Assembly (NCBI GenBank): GCA_965116405.1
Contig: OZ220685.1
Span: 2,007,751-2,071,750 of the forward strand
Length of the DNA: 64,000 nucleotides
Direction of reading: 5' to 3'
From: Dehalococcoidia bacterium
Lineage (GTDB): Bacteria > Chloroflexota > Dehalococcoidia > Lucifugimonadales > UBA1123
Positions 60,455 through 64,000 of the stretch are shown in pieces; position 1 is the stretch's first letter, and every line of letters begins with the position of its first letter. Position numbers and translations under genes: made by a program. The notes beneath the pieces are model-generated. The model had not been told where the DNA came from. It was given only the letters and a program-made list of their open reading frames with translations, and searched no databases.

Positions 60455-60826
60455 ATGGTGGAAGTCATCAAGAACGGATCGGTGCCCGAGGACGACGCGA
60501 CAGACGCTCCTCTATTCTACGGAGGTCCCGTGTCGCGGCAGCCGCTGGTAGCAGGAGGCAAGAGCCAGAATTTCAACTTCAGCTTGGTCAACTTCTACGA
60601 CGGTGCGAAGAACAAGTTCCACGCCCACACGTCTGACCAGATCCTGTTCGTCACCAGTGGAGACGGAATCGTCGCATCCGAGTCCGAAGAGATCAACATC
60701 TCTGAGGGCGATACTGCCTTCATCCCCGCGGGTGAAAAGCACTGGCATGGTGCCCAGGACGGCAAGGACTTCACTCACATCTCCCTGACCGGAGCCGACA
60801 GCCAGACCACCCAGTACGACGACTAA
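60455..60826 (+). CDS. Cupin-domain protein
   Basis: 123 aa. The cupin motifs are ...HAHTSDQILFVTSGDG... and ...GEKHWHGA. The SD AAGGAGG lies upstream. Confidence 0.75.
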   Translation: MVEVIKNGSVPEDDATDAPLFYGGPVSRQPLVAGGKSQNFNFSLVNFYDGAKNKFHAHTSDQILFVTSGDGIVASESEEINISEGDTAFIPAGEKHWHGAQDGKDFTHISLTGADSQTTQYDD

Positions 60827-60850
60827 GACACACTCTGTCCAGTCGATAGA

Positions 60851-60889
60851 GCGACCGCCGCGCCAGTAGCGGCGGTCGTTTTTTGTTTC
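60851..60889 (+). terminator. Rho-independent terminator after the cupin gene
   Basis: CGACCGCCGC-GCCAGTA-GCGGCGGTCG is followed by TTTTTTGTTT, 25 nt after the stop. Confidence 0.8.
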
Positions 60890-61022
60890 TGGAAGAGTGC
60901 GGGGTACAGTTCCATGGGACATGGAACCAATTGGGAGTCGCAGGCGTCTTGTTGTTACAGAGGGGGCTCCAGTCAGGGGGTGCCCCCTCAGATCCATCTG
61001 CAGTGTACGAGGAGTGAATGCG

Positions 61023-62483
61023 ATGAGCAGGTCCTCACTTGTCAAGGCGACATACCTGTCGGCGGTTGTGACTTTGCTCGCTGTGCTCGGGTGTGGAGAG
61101 CCGCCGACTGATCCTACGGCGACTCCAGTTGCTGGAGAATCACGGAGAGGGGAGCAGACGGTCGTTCGGCCTGAGGCAGCGAGGCAGGTCGAGCAACCAG
61201 CACCCGTGGATACTGCAACCGTTGAGGCAGGTACGACCCGAGCTGCCGCACCTACCACTGCCAAAGCGCCGGTTGCAACCGGGCCTCCACAGAGAAGTCC
61301 GGTGCCTCCACAGGTCTTTCCCATGCCGATGCACGTTGATTACGTGACTGCTAATACCCTCGGAGACCTGGTCGCGGAGTCATCACTGATAGTCATAGGT
61401 ACGACCGCAGATGCCGAACCTCGTGAGGAGCGAGTCCCAGGCAGGCTCCCGGGCGATCCGTCCAAACCTGACCCGAACTACACGATGATCGGCAACGTCT
61501 ACGAAGTCGCGGTCGAGCGTCATCTGAAAGGCGAAGGGGACACGACGCTGCGGATCATCCAGTCCATAGGCTTCGATGCCATTGTGCCGGGCCCTCCGAA
61601 TATGCCAGACAGGCTGACACAAGGCAGGAACGCCAGCCCCGGTGTGCGTTTGGGCAAGGGCAGTCGATACCTGCTACTCCTGAAGGAATTTGAAGACGTC
61701 CCCGAATATTGGACGGGGACGGTGGAGCCGTACAGGTTTCTGCTGAAGGACGGCAGGGCGCAAGTCGAGAGTCCGGTCGGTAACGTGGGAGGCGAGTTCG
61801 GATCCCGCACTGAGGAAGAGCTCGTCAGCCTCGTGGAGGCGTTGATCTCGGGCAGGAGTGGGGCTTTGTCTCACACGATGCCAGCGGCCGAAGTATCAGG
61901 CGGCCCTACATGGGAACTGGAGTCGAACTCAGGTACGAATGCGACATCATCCCCACCGGCGCCCTCTGCGACGTCTTCTCTGGCCTCACCAGCCCCGAGC
62001 GCGACAGTCAGTGAAGCGCTGCTTCAGGATGCGCGGCACTATGCAGCCGACGTGGGCGTCGACTTGGACGAGGCGGTGCGCAGGCTGCAGGCCCAAAGCA
62101 CGATCGGGGAACTGGGGGCAGAGTTGGAAGCGAATGAGCAACCCACGTTTGGAGGACTCTGGATTCAGCACAAGCCTGAATTCAAGGTCGTAGTGGCCTT
62201 CACCCGGGACGGTGAGGAGACTGTTCGTCCGTACATTCAGGGCACCCCACTGGCCAACATGGTCGACGTGCGGGAGGTGGAGGCCACGCTTGCGGAGCTT
62301 CGAGAGGCGCAGAGCGAGGCCGGCGAAATCCTGAGACAGTTAGGGATCCGCGCATCGTCTGGGATCGATATAACCAACAACGTGGTGCAACTCTACCTCT
62401 CCGAAGTGGATAAGGAAGAGCTTGACGCGGACTTGAAGAGGTCCGGCCTAAAGCTCCCCGACAATGTGGAAGTGGTCAGTTAG
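61023..62483 (+). CDS. Secreted lipoprotein of unknown function
   Basis: The likely start is MSRSSLVKATYLSAVVTLLAVLGC (lipobox). It has a Pro/Ala/Thr-rich linker and two globular regions separated by a Ser/Pro/Ala linker. The C-terminal region (…FGGLWIQHKPEFKVVVAFT…) faintly recalls protease pro-domains. The track ORF starts at 60897. Confidence 0.55.
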   Translation: MSRSSLVKATYLSAVVTLLAVLGCGEPPTDPTATPVAGESRRGEQTVVRPEAARQVEQPAPVDTATVEAGTTRAAAPTTAKAPVATGPPQRSPVPPQVFPMPMHVDYVTANTLGDLVAESSLIVIGTTADAEPREERVPGRLPGDPSKPDPNYTMIGNVYEVAVERHLKGEGDTTLRIIQSIGFDAIVPGPPNMPDRLTQGRNASPGVRLGKGSRYLLLLKEFEDVPEYWTGTVEPYRFLLKDGRAQVESPVGNVGGEFGSRTEEELVSLVEALISGRSGALSHTMPAAEVSGGPTWELESNSGTNATSSPPAPSATSSLASPAPSATVSEALLQDARHYAADVGVDLDEAVRRLQAQSTIGELGAELEANEQPTFGGLWIQHKPEFKVVVAFTRDGEETVRPYIQGTPLANMVDVREVEATLAELREAQSEAGEILRQLGIRASSGIDITNNVVQLYLSEVDKEELDADLKRSGLKLPDNVEVVS

Positions 62484-62575
62484 TCTCTTTCATCGCCCAG
62501 ATAAAGCTGCCTTGGGCTGACCGAGGGGGCGCCGGTTGAGCCACATGCAGAGTCGATGTGTGTTCCGGGCAGATT

Positions 62576-62708
62576 GGCCTCGTGTCAATTCAGTCGGTCA
62601 AATGTATGTAGGGGCAACCCTTGTGGTTGCCCGTGTTGGTCAGTGTGCCCAGGGCGCCCACAAGGGACGCCCCTATGGACCGATCACCTACCTGACTGAC
62701 ACAGGCTC
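62576..62708. mobile_element. MITE-like palindromic element, copy C (133 bp) with 9-bp direct repeats
   Basis: GGGCAGATT lies directly on both sides (62567-62575 and 62709-62717). The core is GTAGGGGCAACCCTTGTGG...CCACAAGGGACGCCCCTAT (62608-62676). The right end ...GACACAGGCTC parallels copy A's ...GATACAGCCTC. The element is colinear with and the same length as 13777-13910. Confidence 0.65.
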
Positions 62709-62829
62709 GGGCAGATTGGGTTCGTGTTCCGGCTTGTGGGCTTGTGTTAGTATGCACCTGCCATGGGAGCTTGGCTGTAATCTAATTCTGTTTCACTTGG
62801 GTCGTAAGCAGAGTACAAGGAGAGAGTGG

Positions 62830-64000
62830 ATGGTTGCGCAAGAGGGAAGACTGACTGGCGAAGAGATTGAAGAACTAAAGCAACTTGGCGAGGCCCACTT
62901 CTGGCCTCACTCAAGGCCGATTGCGGACATGTCCGAAGAGTCGGGCATCAAGCTGGCCACGAAGGCTGAGGGAGTATGGGTCGAAGACGGCCAGGGCAAC
63001 CGCTGGCTCGATGCACTGTCCGGGATGTGGCTCAAGAACATAGGCCACGGACGCAAGGAGATCGCTGAGGCGGTCTTCGAGCAGATGCAGGAGGTGAGCT
63101 ACTCACCCGGCGGCACGGTGAGCCCGTCGACCGTCAAGTTGGCGGCGAAGGTGGCGAGCCTGGCCCCCGACAAGGAGTCCAGGGTCTACTTCACCAGCGG
63201 CGGTTCGGAGGCCGTGGAGACGGCTCTGAAGATCGCCAAGGCATACCACAAGAACAACGGTGAGACCTCCCGCTGGAAGGTCATCAGCCGTCGCGGGTCG
63301 TACCACGGCGCCACGCACGCGTGCATGGCCCTCGGAGGAAGCGGGGCAGCCGGTGGCGTGGACTACGGCCCCTTGCAGCCTGGGAATATCCATATCTCCA
63401 ACCCGAACAGCTACCGCGGACCACACTCCGACTTGGAGTGCGCCGAGGAACTTGAGCGGACCATACTGCACGAGGGTCCCCACACGGTCGCCGCGTTCAT
63501 CGGCGAGCCGGTCTCGGCGGCGAACGGCATCATGCTACCTGATCCAGGCTACTGGCCTCGCATCCGCGAGATCTGCGACAAGTACGGTGTGATCATGATC
63601 TGCGACGAGGTTATAACTGGCTTCGGGCGCACGGGCAAGATGTTCGCCACCGAGCACTGGGACATCAAGCCCGACATCTTCACCGTGGCCAAGGCCCTCA
63701 CGAGCGGCTATCTTCCCATAGGCGCCGCCGTGGCCAGCAAGACCGTTGCAGACAACTTCCTGGGCGAAGAGAAGATGCTCAGGCACCTGATCACGTTCGG
63801 AGGCAACCCGGCGTCCTGTGCCGCGGGACTCGCGAACCTCGAGATCATGGAGAACGAGGGCGTCGTCGAGAACTCGGCCGAGATGGGCGACTACCTGTAC
63901 GAGCAGCTCCAGACGCTGTACGAGCACCCCATCGTGGGCGACGTTCGCGGCGGCATGGGCTTGCTCGCAGCGGTCGAACTGGTCCAGGACCGCGACACCA
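62830..64000 (+). CDS. Class III (omega-type) PLP aminotransferase, 3'-truncated by the window end
   Basis: This gene is absent from the track because it has no stop in the window. My translation from ATG 62830 (SD AAGGAGAG) gives MVAQEGRLTGEEIEELKQLGEAHFWPH...FTSGGSEAVETALKIAK...ICDEVITGFGRTGKMFA...FTVAKALTSGYLP... Confidence 0.85.
   Translation, partial: MVAQEGRLTGEEIEELKQLGEAHFWPHSRPIADMSEESGIKLATKAEGVWVEDGQGNRWLDALSGMWLKNIGHGRKEIAEAVFEQMQEVSYSPGGTVSPSTVKLAAKVASLAPDKESRVYFTSGGSEAVETALKIAKAYHKNNGETSRWKVISRRGSYHGATHACMALGGSGAAGGVDYGPLQPGNIHISNPNSYRGPHSDLECAEELERTILHEGPHTVAAFIGEPVSAANGIMLPDPGYWPRIREICDKYGVIMICDEVITGFGRTGKMFATEHWDIKPDIFTVAKALTSGYLPIGAAVASKTVADNFLGEEKMLRHLITFGGNPASCAAGLANLEIMENEGVVENSAEMGDYLYEQLQTLYEHPIVGDVRGGMGLLAAVELVQDRDT

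Overview
This is a 64-kb chromosomal segment from a bacterium of roughly 60% GC. The gene content, the acidic-tailed RpoB/RpoC and the style of the palindromic repeats give an impression of a marine Chloroflexota-like (SAR202-type) organism, but I cannot verify that. I call about 58 protein genes. Two of them are open-ended at the window edges and are missing from the ORF track. I also call 4 minus-strand tRNAs with encoded CCA (Lys-TTT, Asn-GTT, Val-GAC, Asp-GTC), a few promoters and terminators, and three interspersed repeat families.

Layout:
- 0.9-22 kb: a catabolic and transport block. It holds two paralogous GMC oxidoreductases, hydantoinase A/B, Gfo/Idh/MocA, a 2-hydroxyacid dehydrogenase, an amidohydrolase, an HpcH aldolase, and a ProVWX-type betaine ABC importer with a fused double permease.
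- 22-34 kb: mixed small genes, namely MscS, ArsR+VOC, ATL+Fpg between two tRNAs, a DegT aminotransferase, a decayed RelE/ParE module, an MBL hydrolase and a peptide-type SBP.
- 34.8-42.9 kb: rpoC-rpoB.
- 43-50 kb: DUF169, a dehydrogenase, a retropepsin-like protein, selB, ugd and a DUF4160/DUF2442 pair.
- 50-64 kb: housekeeping genes, namely an atypical OmpR-type regulator, a class IV aminotransferase, thrB, lysC, two GT2 enzymes, trpA, aroH, a cupin, a lipoprotein and a class III aminotransferase.

The most interesting observation is that two ORFs at 28180-29817 (minus strand) are joined in frame by a single TGA in the context A-D-U-G-T-C. A SECIS-like hairpin follows the TGA, and selB is encoded in the same window. 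Together these point to a 545-aa candidate selenoprotein whose large C-terminal part I cannot assign to any family.

Other notable points:
- a 133-bp MITE-like element with 9-bp target-site duplications, in two copies;
- a two-hairpin repeat placed 45-46 nt upstream of two tRNA promoters;
- a HicB-HicA module whose reading frames overlap the aminotransferase gene upstream and abut thrB downstream.

I saw no CRISPR array, integrase, rRNA or tRNA-Sec. All calls come from reading the sequence and track translations by eye, with no searches run.
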